Shown here piece by piece: positions 36,650 to 51,800 of a stretch of 64,000 nucleotides of DNA; within the stretch, counting starts at the first letter, position 1, and every line of letters starts with the position of its first letter. Position numbers and translations under genes: made by a program. A model generated the notes under the pieces. The model was not told where the DNA came from and ran no database searches. It saw nothing but the letters and a program-made list of their open reading frames with translations. This DNA is from Eledone cirrhosa (lineage: Eukaryota): assembly GCA_964016885.1 (NCBI GenBank), contig OZ024757.1, forward strand, positions 3,224,001-3,288,000, given 5' to 3'.

Positions 36650-39600
36650 TTCAGAGATTCCCTCCAGAGACATTCTAACCACATGTCTATAGTATCAGAG
36701 CTGTGATCTCTCCATTCAGAGATTCTTTCCTGAGACATTCTAACCACATGTCTATAGTATCAGAGCTGTGATCTCTCAATTCAGAGATTCTTTCCTGAGA
36801 CATTCTAACCAGATGTCTGTAGTATCAGAGCTGTGATCTCTCAATTCAGAGATTCTTTCCTGAGACATTCTACCCACATATCTGTAGTATCAGCGCAGTG
36901 ATTTCTCAATTCAGAGATTCTTTTCTCGGACATTCTAACCACATTTCTATAGTATCAGAGCTGTGATCTCTCAATTCAGAGATTCTTTCCTGAGACATTC
37001 TAACCACATGTCTGTAGTATCAGAGCTGTGATCTCTCAATTTAGAAATTCTTTCCTGAGACATTCTAACCACATGTCTTCAGTATTAGAGCTGTGATCTC
37101 TCAATCCAGTGATTCTTTCCTGAGACATTCTAACCCCATGTCTGTAGTATCCGAGCTGTGATCTTTCAATTCAGAGATTCTTTCCTGAGACATTCTAACT
37201 ACATGTCTATAATATCAGAGCTGTAATCTCTCAATTCAGAGATTCTTTCCAGAGACATTCTAACCACATGACCATAGTATCAGAGCTGTGATCTCTCAAT
37301 TCAGAGATTCTTTTCTGAGACATTCTAACTACATGTCTGTAGTATCAGAGCTGTAATCTCTCAATTCTTAGATTCTTTCCGGAGACATTCTAACCACATG
37401 ACCATAGTATCAGAGCTGTGATCTCTCAATTCAGAGATTCCTTCCAGAGACATTCTAACCACATGTCTATAGTATCAGAGCTGTGATCTCTCCATTCAGA
37501 GATTCTTTCCTGAGACATTCTAACCACATGTCTATAGTATCAGAGCTGTGATCTCTCAATTCAGAGATTCTTTCCTGAGACATTCTAACCACATGTCTAT
37601 AGTATCAGAGCTGTGATCTCTCAATTCAGAGATTCTTTCCTGAGACATTCTAACCACATATCTGTAGTATCAAAGCTGTGATCACTCAATTCAGAGATTC
37701 TTTCCTCAGACATTCTAACCACATGTCTATAGTATCAGAGCCTTGATCTCTCAATTCAGGGTTTCTTTTCAGAGACATTCTAACCACATGTCTGTCGTAT
37801 CAGCACTGTGATATCCGAACTCAGAGATTCTTTCCTCAGACATTCTAACCAGATGCCTGTAGTATCAGAGCTGTGATCTCTCAATCCAGAGATTCTTTCC
37901 AGAGACATTCTAACCACATGACTGTGGTATCAGAGCTATGGTCTCTCATTTCAGAGATTCTTTCCCAAGATATTCTAACCACATATCTATAGTATCAGGG
38001 CTGTGATCTCTCAATTCAGAGATTCTTTCCTGAGACATTCTAACCAGATGTCTGTAGTATCAGAGCAGTGATCTCTCAATTCAGAGATTCTTTCCTGAGA
38101 CATTCTACCCACATATCTGTAGTATCAGCGCAGTGATCTCTCAATTCAGAGATTCTTTTCTCAGACATTCTAACCACATTTCTATAGTATCAGAGCTGTG
38201 ATCTCTCAATTCAGAGATTCTTTCATGAGACATTCTAACCACATGATTGTAGTATCAGAGCTGTGATCTCTCAATTTAGAGATTCTTTCCTGAGACATTC
38301 TAACCACATGTCTTCAGTATTAGAGCTGTGATCTCTCAATCCAGAGATTCTTTTCTCAGACAATTTAACCACATGTCTGTAGTATCAGACCTGTAATCTC
38401 TCAATTCAGAGATTCTTTCCAGAGACATTCTAACCACATGACATAGTATCAGAGCTGTGATCTCTCAATTCAGAGATTCCTTCCAGAGACATTCTAACCC
38501 CATGTCTATAGTATCAGAGCTGTGATCTCTCCATTCAGAGATTCTTTCCGGAGACATTCTAACCACATTTCTATAGTATCACAGCTGTGATCTCTCAATT
38601 CAGAGATTCTTTTCTCAAACATTTTAACCACATGTCTGTAGTATCAGAGCTGTAATATCTCAATTCAGAGATTCTTTCCAGAGACATTCTAACCACATGA
38701 CTATAGTATCAGAGCTGTGATCTCTCAATTCAGAGATTCTTTCCTGAGACATTCTAACTACATGTCTGTAGTATCAGAGCTGTAATCTCTCAATTCTGAG
38801 ATTCTTTCCAGAGACATTCTAACCACATGACCATAGTATCAGAGCTGTGATCTCTCAATTCAGAGATTCCTCCCAGAGACTTTCTAACCACATGTCTATA
38901 GTATCAGAGCTGTGATCTCTCCATTCAGAGATTCTTTCCTGAGACATTCTAACCACATGTCTATAGTATCAGAGCTGTGATCTCTCAATTCAGAGATTCT
39001 TTCCTGGGACTTTCTAACCAGATGTCTGTAGTATCAGAGCTGTGATCTCTCAATTCAGAGATTCTTTCCTGAGACATTCTACCCACATATCTGTAGTATC
39101 AGCGCAGTGATCTCTCAATTCAGAGATTCTTTTCTCAGACATTCTAACAACATTTCTATAGTATCAGAGCTGTGATCTCTCAATTCAGAGATTCTTTCCT
39201 GAGACATTCTAACCACATGTCTATAGTATCAGAGCTGTGATCTCTCAATTCAGAGATTCTTTCCTGAGACATTCTAACCACCAATCTGTAGTATCAGCGT
39301 TGTGATCTCTCAATTCAGAGATTCTTTTCTCAAACATTCTAACCACATGTCTGTAGTATCAGAGCTGTAATCTCTCAATTCAGAGATTCTTTCCAGAGAC
39401 ATTCTAACCACATGACCATAGTATCAGAGCTGTGATCTCTCAATTCAGAGATTCTTTCCTAAGACATTCTAACCTCATGCCTGTAGTATCAGAGGTGTGA
39501 TCTCTCAATACAGAGATTCTTTTCTCAAACATTTTAACCACATGTCTGTAGTATCAGAGCTGTAATATCTCAATTCAGAGATTCTTTCCAGAGACATTCT

Positions 39601-42600
39601 AACCACATGACCATAGTATCAGAGCTGTGATCTCTCAATTCAGAGATTCTTTCCTGAGACATTCTAACTACATGTATGTGGTATCAGAGCTGAAATCTCT
39701 CAATTCTGAGATTCTTTCCAGAGACATTCTAACCACATGACCATAGTATCAGAGCTGTGATCTCTCAATTCAGAGATTCCCTCCAGAGACATTCTAACCA
39801 CATGTCTATAGTATCAGAGCTGTGATCTCTCCATTCAGAGATTCTTTCCTGAGACATTCTAACCACATGTCTATAGTATCAGAGCTGTGATCTCTCAATT
39901 CAGAGATTCTTTCCTGAGACATTCTAACCAGATGTCTGTAGTATCAGAGCTGTGATCTCTCAATTCAGAGATTCTTTCCTGAGACATTCTACCCACATAT
40001 CTGTAGTATCAGCGCAGTGATTTCTCAATTCAGAGATTCTTTTCTCGGACATTCTAACCACATTTCTATAGTATCAGAGCTGTGATCTCTCAATTCAGAG
40101 ATTCTTTCCTGAGACATTCTAACCACATGTCTGTAGTATCAGAGCTGTGATCTCTCAATTTAGAAATTCTTTCCTGAGACATTCTAACCACATGTCTTCA
40201 GTATTAGAGCTGTGATCTCTCAATCCAGTGATTCTTTCCTGAGACATTCTAACCCCATGTCTGTAGTATCCGAGCTGTGATCTTTCAATTCAGAGATTCT
40301 TTCCTGAGACATTCTAACTACATGTCTGTAGTATCAGAGCTGTAATCTCTCAATTCAGAGATTCTTTCCAGAGACATTCTAACCACATGACCATAGTATC
40401 AGAGCTGTGATCTCTCAATTCAGAGATTCTTTTCTGAGACATTCTAACTACATGTCTGTAGTATCAGAGCTGTAATCTCTCAATTCTTAGATTCTTTCCG
40501 GAGACATTCTAACCACATGACCATAGTATCAGAGCTGTGATCTCTCAATTCAGAGATTCCTTCCAGAGACATTCTAACCACATGTCTATAGTATCAGAGC
40601 TGTGATCTCTCCATTCAGAGATTCTTTCCTGAGACATTCTAACCACATGTCTATAGTATCAGAGCTGTGATCTCTCAATTCAGAGATTCTTTCCTGAGAC
40701 ATTCTAACCACATGTCTATAGTATCAGAGCTGTGATCTCTCAATTCAGAGATTCTTTCCTGAGACATTCTAACCACATATCTGTAGTATCAAAGCTGTGA
40801 TCACTCAATTCAGAGATTCTTTCCTCAGACATTCTAACCACATGTCTATAGTATCAGAGCCTTGATCTCTCAATTCAGGGTTTCTTTTCAGAGACATTCT
40901 AACCACATGTCTGTCGTATCAGCACTGTGATATCCGAACTCAGAGATTCTTTCCTCAGACATTCTAACCAGATGCCTGTAGTATCAGAGCTGTGATCTCT
41001 CAATCCAGAGATTCTTTCCAGAGACATTCTAACCACATGACTGTGGTATCAGAGCTATGGTCTCTCATTTCAGAGATTCTTTCCCAAGATATTCTAACCA
41101 CATATCTATAGTATCAGGGCTGTGATCTCTCAATTCAGAGATTCTTTCCTGAGACATTCTAACCAGATGTCTGTAGTATCAGAGCAGTGATCTCTCAATT
41201 CAGAGATTCTTTCCTGAGACATTCTACCCACATATCTGTAGTATCAGCGCAGTGATCTCTCAATTCAGAGATTCTTTTCTCAGACATTCTAACCACATTT
41301 CTATAGTATCAGAGCTGTGATCTCTCAATTCAGAGATTCTTTCATGAGACATTCTAACCACATGATTGTAGTATCAGAGCTGTGATCTCTCAATTTAGAG
41401 ATTCTTTCCTGAGACATTCTAACCACATGTCTTCAGTATTAGAGCTGTGATCTCTCAATCCAGAGATTCTTTTCTCAGACATTCTAACCACATGTCTGTA
41501 GTATCAGACCTGTAATCTCTCAATTCAGAGATTCTTTCCAGAGACATTCTAACCACATGACATAGTATCAGAGCTGTGATCTCTCAATTCAGAGATTCCT
41601 TCCAGAGACATTCTAACCCCATGTCTATAGTATCAGAGCTGTGATCTCTCCATTCAGAGATTCTTTCCGGAGACATTCTAACCACATTTCTATAGTATCA
41701 CAGCTGTGATCTCTCAATTCAGAGATTCTTTTCTCAAACATTTTAACCACATGTCTGTAGTATCAGAGCTGTAATATCTCAATTCAGAGATTCTTTCCAG
41801 AGACATTCTAACCACATGACCATAGTATCAGAGCTGTGATCTCTCAATTCAGAGATTCTTTCCTGAGACATTCTAACTACATGTCTGTAGTATCAGAGCT
41901 GTAATCTCTCAATTCTGAGATTCTTTCCAGAGACATTCTAACCACATGACCATAGTATCAGAGCTGTGATCTCTCAATTCAGAGATTCCTCCCAGAGACT
42001 TTCTAACCACATGTCTATAGTATCAGAGCTGTGATCTCTCCATTCAGAGATTCTTTCCTGAGACATTCTAACCACATGTCTATAGTATCAGAGCTGTGAT
42101 CTCTCAATTCAGAGATTCTTTCCTGGGACTTTCTAACCAGATGTCTGTAGTATCAGAGCTGTGATCTCTCAATTCAGAGATTCTTTCCTGAGACATTCTA
42201 CCCACATATCTGTAGTATCAGCGCAGTGATCTCTCAATTCAGAGATTCTTTTCTCAGACATTCTAACAACATTTCTATAGTATCAGAGCTGTGATCTCTC
42301 AATTCAGAGATTCTTTCCTGAGACATTCTAACCACATGTCTATAGTATCAGAGCTGTGATCTCTCAATTCAGAGATTCTTTCCTGAGACATTCTAACCAC
42401 CAATCTGTAGTATCAGCGTTGTGATCTCTCAATTCAGAGATTCTTTTCTCAAACATTCTAACCACATGTCTGTAGTATCAGAGCTGTAATCTCTCAATTC
42501 AGAGATTCTTTCCAGAGACATTCTAACCACATGACCATAGTATCAGAGCTGTGATCTCTCAATTCAGAGATTCTTTCCTAAGACATTCTAACCTCATGCC

Positions 42601-42890
42601 TGTAGTATCAGAGGTGTGATCTCTCAATACAGAGATTATTTTCTCAAACATTTTAACCACATGTCTGTAGTATCAGAGCTGTAATATCTCAATTCAGAGA
42701 TTCTTTCCAGAGACATTCTAACCACATGACCATAGTATCAGAGCTGTGATCTCTCAATTCAGAGATTCTTTCCTGAGACATTCTAACTACATGTATGTGG
42801 TATCAGAGCTGTAATCTCTCAATTCTGAGATTCTTTCCAGAGACATTCTAACCACATGACCATAGTATCAGAGCTGTGATCTCTCAATTC
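36650..42890. repeat. Tandem higher-order duplication at 3119-bp (48-monomer) offset; boundaries approximate
   Basis: CCGAGCTG at 37151/40270 and TCCGAAC at 37814/40933 both give an offset of 3119 = 48x65-1. Further partial copies lie at ~33-36 kb and ~44-48 kb. Confidence 0.85.
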
Positions 42891-45800
42891 ACAGATTCCT
42901 TCCAGAGACATTCTAACCACATGTCTATAGTATCAGAGCTGTGATCTCTCCATTCAGAGATTCTTTCCTGAGTCATTCTAACCACATGTCTATAATATCA
43001 GAGCTGTGATCTCTCAATTCAGAGATTCTTTCCTGAGACATTTTAAACAGATGTCTGTAGTATGAGAGCTGTGATCTCTCAATTCAGAGATTCTTTCCTG
43101 AGACATTCTACCCACATATCTGTAGTATCAGCGCAGTGATCTCTCAATTCAGAGATTCTTTTCTCGGACATTCTAACCACATTTCTATAGTATCAGAGCT
43201 GTTATCTCTCAATTCAGAGATTCTTTCCTGAGACATTCTAACCACATGTCTGTAGTATCAGAGCTGTGATCTCTCAATTTAGAAATTCTTTCCAGAGACA
43301 TTCTAACCACATGACCATAGTATCAGAGCTGTGATCTCTCAATTCAGAGATTCTTTCCTGAGACATTCTAACTACATGTCTGTAAGTATCAGAGCTGTAA
43401 TCTCTCAATTCTGAGATTCTTTCCGGAGACATTCTAACCACATGACCATAGTATCAGAGCTGTGATCTCTCAATTCAGAGATTCCTTCCAGAGACATTCT
43501 AACCACATGTCTATAGTATCAGAGCTGTGATCTCTCCATTCAGAGATTCTTTCCTGAGACATTCGAACCACATGTCTATAGTATCAGAGCTGTGATCTCT
43601 CAATTCAGAGATTCTTTCCTGAGACATTCTAACCACATGTCTATAGTATCAGAGCTGTGATCTCTCAATTCAGAGATTCTTTCCTGAGACATTCTAACCA
43701 CATATCTGTAGTATCAAAGCTGTGATCACTCAATTCAGAGATTCTTTCCTCAGACATTCTAACCACATGTCTATAGTTTGAGAGCCTTGATCTCTCAATT
43801 CAGGGTTTCTTTTCAGAGACATTCTAACCACATGTCTGTCGTATCAGCACTGTGATATCCGAACTCAGAGATTCGTTCCTCAGACATTCTAACCAGATGC
43901 CTGTAGTATCAGATCTGTGATCTCTCAATCCAGAGATTCTTTCCAGAGACATTCTAACCACATGACTGTGGTATCAGAGCTATGGTCTCTCATTTCAGAG
44001 ATTCTTTCCCAAGATATTCTAACCACATATCTATAGTATCAGGGCTGTGATCTCTCAATTCAGAGATTCTTTCCTGAGACATTCTAACCAGATGTCTGTA
44101 ATATCAGAGCTGTGATCTCTCAATTCAGAGATTCTTTTCTCAGACATTCTAACAACATTTCTATAGTATTAGAGCTGTGATCTCTCAATCCAGAGATTCT
44201 TTTCTCAGACATTCAAACCACATGTCTGTAGTATCAGACCTGTAATCTCTTAATTCAGAGATTCTTTCCAGAGACATTCTAATCAGATGACATAGTATCA
44301 GAGCTGTGATCTCTCAATTCAGAGATTCCTTCCAGAGACATTCTAACCCCATGTCTATAGTATCAGAGCTGTGATCTCTCCATTCAGAGATTCTTTCCGG
44401 AGACATTCTAACCACATTTCTATAGTATCACAGCTGTGATCTCTCAATTCAGAGATTCTTTTCTCAAACATTTTAACCACATGTCTGTAGTATCAGAGCT
44501 GTAATATCTCAATTCAGAGATTCTTTCCAGAGACATTCTAACCACATGACCATAGTATCAGAGCTGTGATCTCTCAATTCAGAGATTCTTTCCTGAGACA
44601 TTCTAACTACATGTCTGTAGTATCAGAGCTGTAATCTCTCAATTCTGAGATTCTTTCCAGAGACATTCTAACCACATGACCATAGTATCAGAGCTGTGAT
44701 CTCTCAATTCAGAGATTCCTCCCAGAGACTTTCTAACCACATGTCTATAGTATCAGAGCTGTGATCTCTCCATTCAGAGATTCTTTCCTGAGACATTCTA
44801 ACCACATGTCTATAGTATCAGAGCTGTGATCTCTCAATTCAGAGATTCTTTCCTGGGACTTTCTAACCAGATGTCTGTAGTATCAGAGCTGTGATCTCTC
44901 AATTCAGAGATTCTTTCCTGAGACATTCTACCCACATATCTGTAGTATCAGCGCAGTGATCTCTCAATTCAGAGATTCTTTTCTCAGACATTCTAACAAC
45001 ATTTCTATAGTATCAGAGCTGTGATCTCTCAATTCAGAGATTCTTTCCTGAGACATTCTAACCACATGTCTATAGTATCAGAGCTGTGATCTCTCAATTC
45101 AGAGATTCTTTCCTGAGACATTCTAACCACCAATCTGTAGTATCAGCGTTGTGATCTCTCAATTCAGAGATTCTTTTCTCAAACATTCTAACCACATGTC
45201 TGTAGTATCAGAGCTGTAATCTCTCAATTCAGAGATTCTTTCCAGAGACATTCTAACCACATGACCATAGTATCAGAGCTGTGATCTCTCAATTCAGAGA
45301 TTCTTTCCTAAGACATTCTAACCTCATGCCTGTAGTATCAGAGGTGTGATCTCTCAATACAGAGATTCTTTTCTCAAACATTTTAACCACATGTCTGTAG
45401 TATCAGAGCTGTAATATCTCAATTCAGAGATTCTTTCCAGAGACATTCTAACCACATGACCATAGTATCAGAGCTGTGATCTCTCAATTCAGAGATTCTT
45501 TCCTGAGACATTCTAACTACATGTATGTGGTATCAGAGCTGTAATCTCTCAATTCTGAGATTCTTTCCAGAGACATTCTAACCACATGACCATAGTATCA
45601 GAGCTGTGATATCTCAATTCAGAGATTCCCTCCAGAGACATTCTAACCACATGTCTATAGTATCAGAGCTGTGATCTCTCCATTCAGAGATTCTTTCCTG
45701 AGACATTCTAACCACATGTCTATAGTATCAGAGCTGTGATCTCTCAATTCAGAGATTCTTTCCTGAGACATTCTAACCAGATGTCTGTAGTATCAGAGCT

Positions 45801-48800
45801 GTGATCTCTCAATTCAGAGATTCTTTCCTGAGACATTCTATCCACATATCTGTAGTATCAGCGCAGTGATTTCTCAATTCAGAGATTCTTTTCTCGGACA
45901 TTCTAACCACATTTCTATAGTATCAGAGCTGTGATCTCTCAATTCAGAGATTCTTTCCTGAGACATTCTAACCACATGTCTGTAGTATCAGAGCTGTGAT
46001 CTCTCAATTTAGAAATTCTTTCCTGAGACATTCTAACCACATGTCTTCAGTATTAGAGCTGTGATCTCTCAATCCAGTGATTCTTTCCTGAGACATTCTA
46101 ACCCCATGTCTGTAGTATCCGAGCTGTGATCTTTCAATTCAGAGATTCTTTCCTGAGACATTCTAACTACATGTCTGTAGTATCAGAGCTGTAATCTCTC
46201 AATTCAGAGATTCTTTCCAGAGACATTCTAACCACATGACCATAGTATCAGAGCTGTGATCTCTCAATTCAGAGATTCTTTTCTGAGACATTCTAACTAC
46301 ATGTCTGTAGTATCAGAGCTGTAATCTCTCAATTCTTAGATTCTTTCCGGAGACATTCTAACCACATGACCATAGTATCAGAGCTGTGATCTCTCAATTC
46401 AGAGATTCCTTCCAGAGACATTCTAACCACATGTCTATAGTATCAGAGCTGTGATCTCTCCATTCAGAGATTCTTTCCTGAGACATTCTAACCACATGTC
46501 TATAGTATCAGAGCTGTGATCTCTCAATTCAGAGATTCTTTCCTGAGACATTCTAACCGCATGTCTATAGTATCAGAGCTGTGATCTCTCAATTCAGAGA
46601 TTCTTTCCTGAGACATTCTAACCACATATCTGTAGTATCAAAGCTGTGATCACTCAATTCAGAGATTCTTTCCTCAGACATTCTAACCACATGTCTATAG
46701 TATCAGAGCCTTGATCTCTCAATTCAGGGTTTCTTTTCAGAGACATTCTAACCACATGTCTGTCGTATCAGCACTGTGATATCCGAACTCAGAGATTCTT
46801 TCCTCAGACATTCTAACCAGATGCCTGTAGTATCAGAGCTGTGATCTCTCAATCCAGAGATTCTTTCCAGAGACATTCTAACCACATGACTGTGGTATCA
46901 GAGCTATGGTCTCTCATTTCAGAGATTCTTTCCCAAGATATTCTAACCACATATCTATAGTATCAGGGCTGTGATCTCTCAATTCAGAGATTCTTTCCTG
47001 AGACATTCTAACCAGATGTCTGTAGTATCAGAGCAGTGATCTCTCAATTCAGAGATTCTTTCCTGAGACATTCTACCCACATATCTGTAGTATCAGCGCA
47101 GTGATCTCTCAATTCAGAGATTCTTTTCTCAGACATTCTAACCACATTTCTATAGTATCAGAGCTGTGATCTCTCAATTCAGAGATTCTTTCATGAGACA
47201 TTCTAACCACATGATTGTAGTATCAGAGCTGTGATCTCTCAATTTAGAGATTCTTTCCTGAGACATTCTAACCACATGTCTTCAGTATTAGAGCTGTGAT
47301 CTCTCAATCCAGAGATTCTTTTCTCAGACATTCTAACCACATGTCTGTAGTATCAGACCTGTAATCTCTCAATTCAGAGATTCTTTCCAGAGACATTCTA
47401 ACCACATGACATAGTATCAGAGCTGTGATCTCTCAATTCAGAGATTCCTTCCAGAGACATTCTAACCCCATGTCTATAGTATCAGAGCTGTGATCTCTCC
47501 ATTCAGAGATTCTTTCCGGAGACATTCTAACCACATTTCTATAGTATCACAGCTGTGATCTCTCAATTCAGAGATTCTTTTCTCAAACATTTTAACCACA
47601 TGTCTGTAGTATCAGAGCTGTAATATCTCAATTCAGAGATTCTTTCCAGAGACATTCTAACCACATGACCATAGTATCAGAGCTGTGATCTCTCAATTCA
47701 GAGATTCTTTCCTGAGACATTCTAACTACATGTCTGTAGTATCAGAGCTGTAATCTCTCAATTCTGAGATTCTTTCCAGAGACATTCTAACCACATGACC
47801 ATAGTATCAGAGCTGTGATCTCTCAATTCAGAGATTCCTCCCAGAGACTTTCTAACCACATGTCTATAGTATCAGAGCTGTGATCTCTCCATTCAGAGAT
47901 TCTTTCCTGAGACATTCTAACCACATGTCTATAGTATCAGAGCTGTGATCTCTCAATTCAGAGATTCTTTCCTGGGACTTTCTAACCAGATGTCTGTAGT
48001 ATCAGAGCTGTGATCTCTCAATTCAGAGATTCTTTCCTGAGACATTCTACCCACATATCTGTAGTATCAGCGCAGTGATCTCTCAATTCAGAGATTCTTT
48101 TCTCAAACATTCTAACCACATGTCTGTAGTATCAGAGCTGTAATCTCTCAATTCAGAGATTCTTTCCAGAGACATTCTAACCACATGACCATAGTATCAG
48201 AGCTGTGATCTCTCAATTCAGAGATTCTTTCCTAAGACATTCTAACCTCATGCCTGTAGTATCAGAGCTGTGATCTCTCAATTCAGAGATTCCTCCCAGA
48301 GACTTTCTAACCACATGTCTATAGTATCAGAGCTGTGATCTCTCCATTCAGAGATTCTTTCCTGAGACATTCTAACCACATGTCTATAGTATCAGAGCTG
48401 TGATCTCTCAATTCAGAGATTCTTTCCTGGGACTTTCTAACCAGATGTCTGTAGTATCAGAGCTGTGATCTCTCAATTCAGAGATTCTTTCCTGAGACAT
48501 TCTACCCACATATCTGTAGTATCAGCGCAGTGATCTCTCAATTCAGAGATTCTTTTCTCGGACATTCTAACCACATTTCTATAGTATCAGAGCTGTTATC
48601 TCTCAATTCAGAGATTCTTTCCTGAGACATTCTAACCACATGTCTGTAGTATCAGAGCTGTGATCTCTCAATTTAGAAATTCTTTCCAGAGACATTCTAA
48701 CCACATGACCATAGTATCAGAGCTGTGATCTCTCAATTCAGAGATTCTTTCCTGAGACATTCTAACTACATGTCTGTAAGTATCAGAGCTGTAATCTCTC

Positions 48801-51800
48801 AATTCTGAGATTCTTTCCGGAGACATTCTAACCACATGACCATAGTATCAGAGCTGTGATCTCTCAATTCAGAGATTCCTTCCAGAGACATTCTAACCAC
48901 ATGTCTATAGTATCAGAGCTGTGATCTCTCCATTCAGAGATTCTTTCCTGAGACATTCGAACCACATGTCTATAGTATCAGAGCTGTGATCTCTCAATTC
49001 AGAGATTCTTTCCTGAGACATTCTAACCACATGTCTATAGTATCAGAGCTGTGATGATCTCAATTCAGAGATTCTTTCCTGAGACATTCTAACCACATAT
49101 CTGTAGTATCAAAGCTGTGATCACTCAATTCAGAGATTCTTTCCTCAGACATTCTAACCACATGTCTATAGTTTGAGAGCCTTGATCTCTCAATTCAGGG
49201 TTTCTTTTCAGAGACATTCTAACCACATGTCTGTCGTATCAGCACTGTGATATCCGAACTCAGAGATTCGTTCCTCAGACATTCTAACCAGATGCCTGTA
49301 GTATCAGATCTGTGATCTCTCAATCCAGAGATTCTTTCCAGAGACATTCTAACCACATGACTGTGGTATCAGAGCTATGGTCTCTCATTTCAGAGATTCT
49401 TTCCCAAGATATTCTAACCACATATCTATAGTATCAGGGCTGTGATCTCTCAATTCAGAGATTCTTTCCTGAGACATTCTAACCAGATGTCTGTAGTATC
49501 AGAGCTGTGATCTCTCAATTCAGAGATTCTTTTCTCAGACATTCTAACAACATTTCTATAGTATTAGAGCTGTGATCTCTCAATCCAGAGATTCTTTTCT
49601 CAGACATTCAAACCACATGTCTGTAGTATCAGACCTGTAATCTCTTAATTCAGAGATTCTTTCCAGAGACATTCTAATCAGATGACATAGTATCAGAGCT
49701 GTGATCTCTCAATTCAGAGATTCTTTTCTCAAACATTTTAACCACATGTCTGTAGTATCAGAGCTGTAATATCTCAATTCAGAGATTCTTTCCAGAGACA
49801 TTCTAACCACATGACCATAGTATCAGAGCTGTGATCTCTCAATTCAGAGATTCTTTCCTGAGACATTCTAACAACATGTCTGTAGTATCAGAGCTGTAAT
49901 CTCTCAATTCTGAGATTCTTTCCAGAGACATTCTAACCACATGACCATAGTATCAGAGCTGTGATCTCTCAATTCAGAGATTCCTTCCAGAGACATTCTA
50001 ACCACATGTCTATAGTATCAGAGCTGTGATCTTTCAATTCAGAGATTCTTTCCTCAGACATTCTAACTACATGTCTGTAGTATCAGAGCTGTATCTCTCA
50101 ATTCAGAGATTCTTTCCAGAGACATTCTAACCACATGACCATAGTATCAGAACTGTGATCTCTCAATTCAGAGATTCTTTCCTGAGACATTCTAACTACA
50201 TATCTGTAGTATCAGAGCTGTAATCTCTCAATTCTGAGATTCTTTCCGGAGACATTCTAACCACATGACCATAGTATCAGAGCTGTGATCTCTCAATTCA
50301 GAGATTCCTTCCAGAGACATTCTAACCACATGTCTATAGTATCAGAGCTGTGATCTCTCCATTCAGAGATTCTTTCCTGAGACTTTCTAACCACATGTCT
50401 ATAGTATCAGAGCTGTGATCTCTCAATTCAGAGATTCTTTCCTGAGACATTCTACCCACATATCTGTAGTATCAGCGCAGTGATCTCTAAATTCAGAGAA
50501 TCTTTTCTCAGACATTCTAACCACATTTCTATAGTATCAGAGCTGTGATCTCTCAATTCAGAGATTCTTTCCTCAGACATTCTAACCACATGTCTGTAGT
50601 ATCAGAGCTGTGATCTCTCAATTTAGAAATTCTTTCCTGAGACGTTCTAACCACATGTCTTCAGTATTAGAGCTGTGATCTCTCAATCCAGTGATTCTTT
50701 CCTGAGACATTCTAACCACATGTCTGTAGTATCAGAGTTGTGATCTTTCACTTCAGAGATTCTTTCCTCAGACATTCTAACAACATGTCTGTAGTATCAG
50801 AGCTGTAATCTCTCAATTCAGAGATTCTTTCCAGAGACATTCTAACCACATGACCATAGTATCAGAGCTGTGATCTCTCAATTCAGATATTCTTTCCTGA
50901 GACATTGTAACTACATATATGTAGTATCAGAGCTGTAATCTCTCAATTCTGAGATTCTTTCCGGAGACATTCAAACCACATGACCATAGTATCAGAGCTG
51001 TGATCTCTCAATTCAGAGATTCCTTCCAGAGACATTCTAACCACATGTCTATAGTATCAGAGCTGTGATCTCTCAATTCAGAGATTCCTTCCTGAGACAT
51101 TCTAACCACATATCTGTAGTATCAAAGCTGTGATCACTCAATTCAGAGATTCTTTCCTCAGACATTCTAACCACATGTATATAGTATCATAGTTGTGGTC
51201 TTTCAATTCAGAGATTCTTTTCTCAAACATTTTAACCACATGTCTGTAGTATCAGAGCTGTAATATCTCAATTCAGAGATTCTTTCCAGAGACATTCTAA
51301 CCACATGACCATAGTATCAGAGCTGTGATCTCTCAATTCAGAGATTCTTTCCTGAGACATTCTAACTACATGTCTGTAGTATCAGAGCTGTAATCTCTCA
51401 AATCTGAGATTCTTTCCAGAGACATTCTAACCACATGTCTATAGTATCAGAGCTGTGATCTCTCAATTCAGAGATTCCTTCCTGAGACATTCTACCCACA
51501 TATCTGTAGTATCAAAGCTGTGATCACTCAATTCAGAGATTCTTTCCTCAGACATTCTAACCACATGTATATAGTATCATAGTTGTGGTCTTTCAATTCA
51601 GAGATTCTTTTCTCAAACATTTTAACCACATGTCTGTAGTATCAGAGCTGTAATATCTCAATTCAGAGATTCTTTCCAGAGACATTCTAACCACATGACC
51701 ATAGTATCAGAGCTGTGATCTCTCAATTCAGAGATTCTTTCCTGAGACATTCTACCCACATATCTGTAGTATCAGCGCAGTGATCTCTAAATTCAGAGAA

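Noticed and set aside
43870-43890. CENP-B box candidate at the ATTCGTTCC variant
   Set aside because: It has TTCG but lacks the downstream A..CGGG of NTTCGNNNNANNCGGGN. I saw no CENP-B box anywhere in the window.
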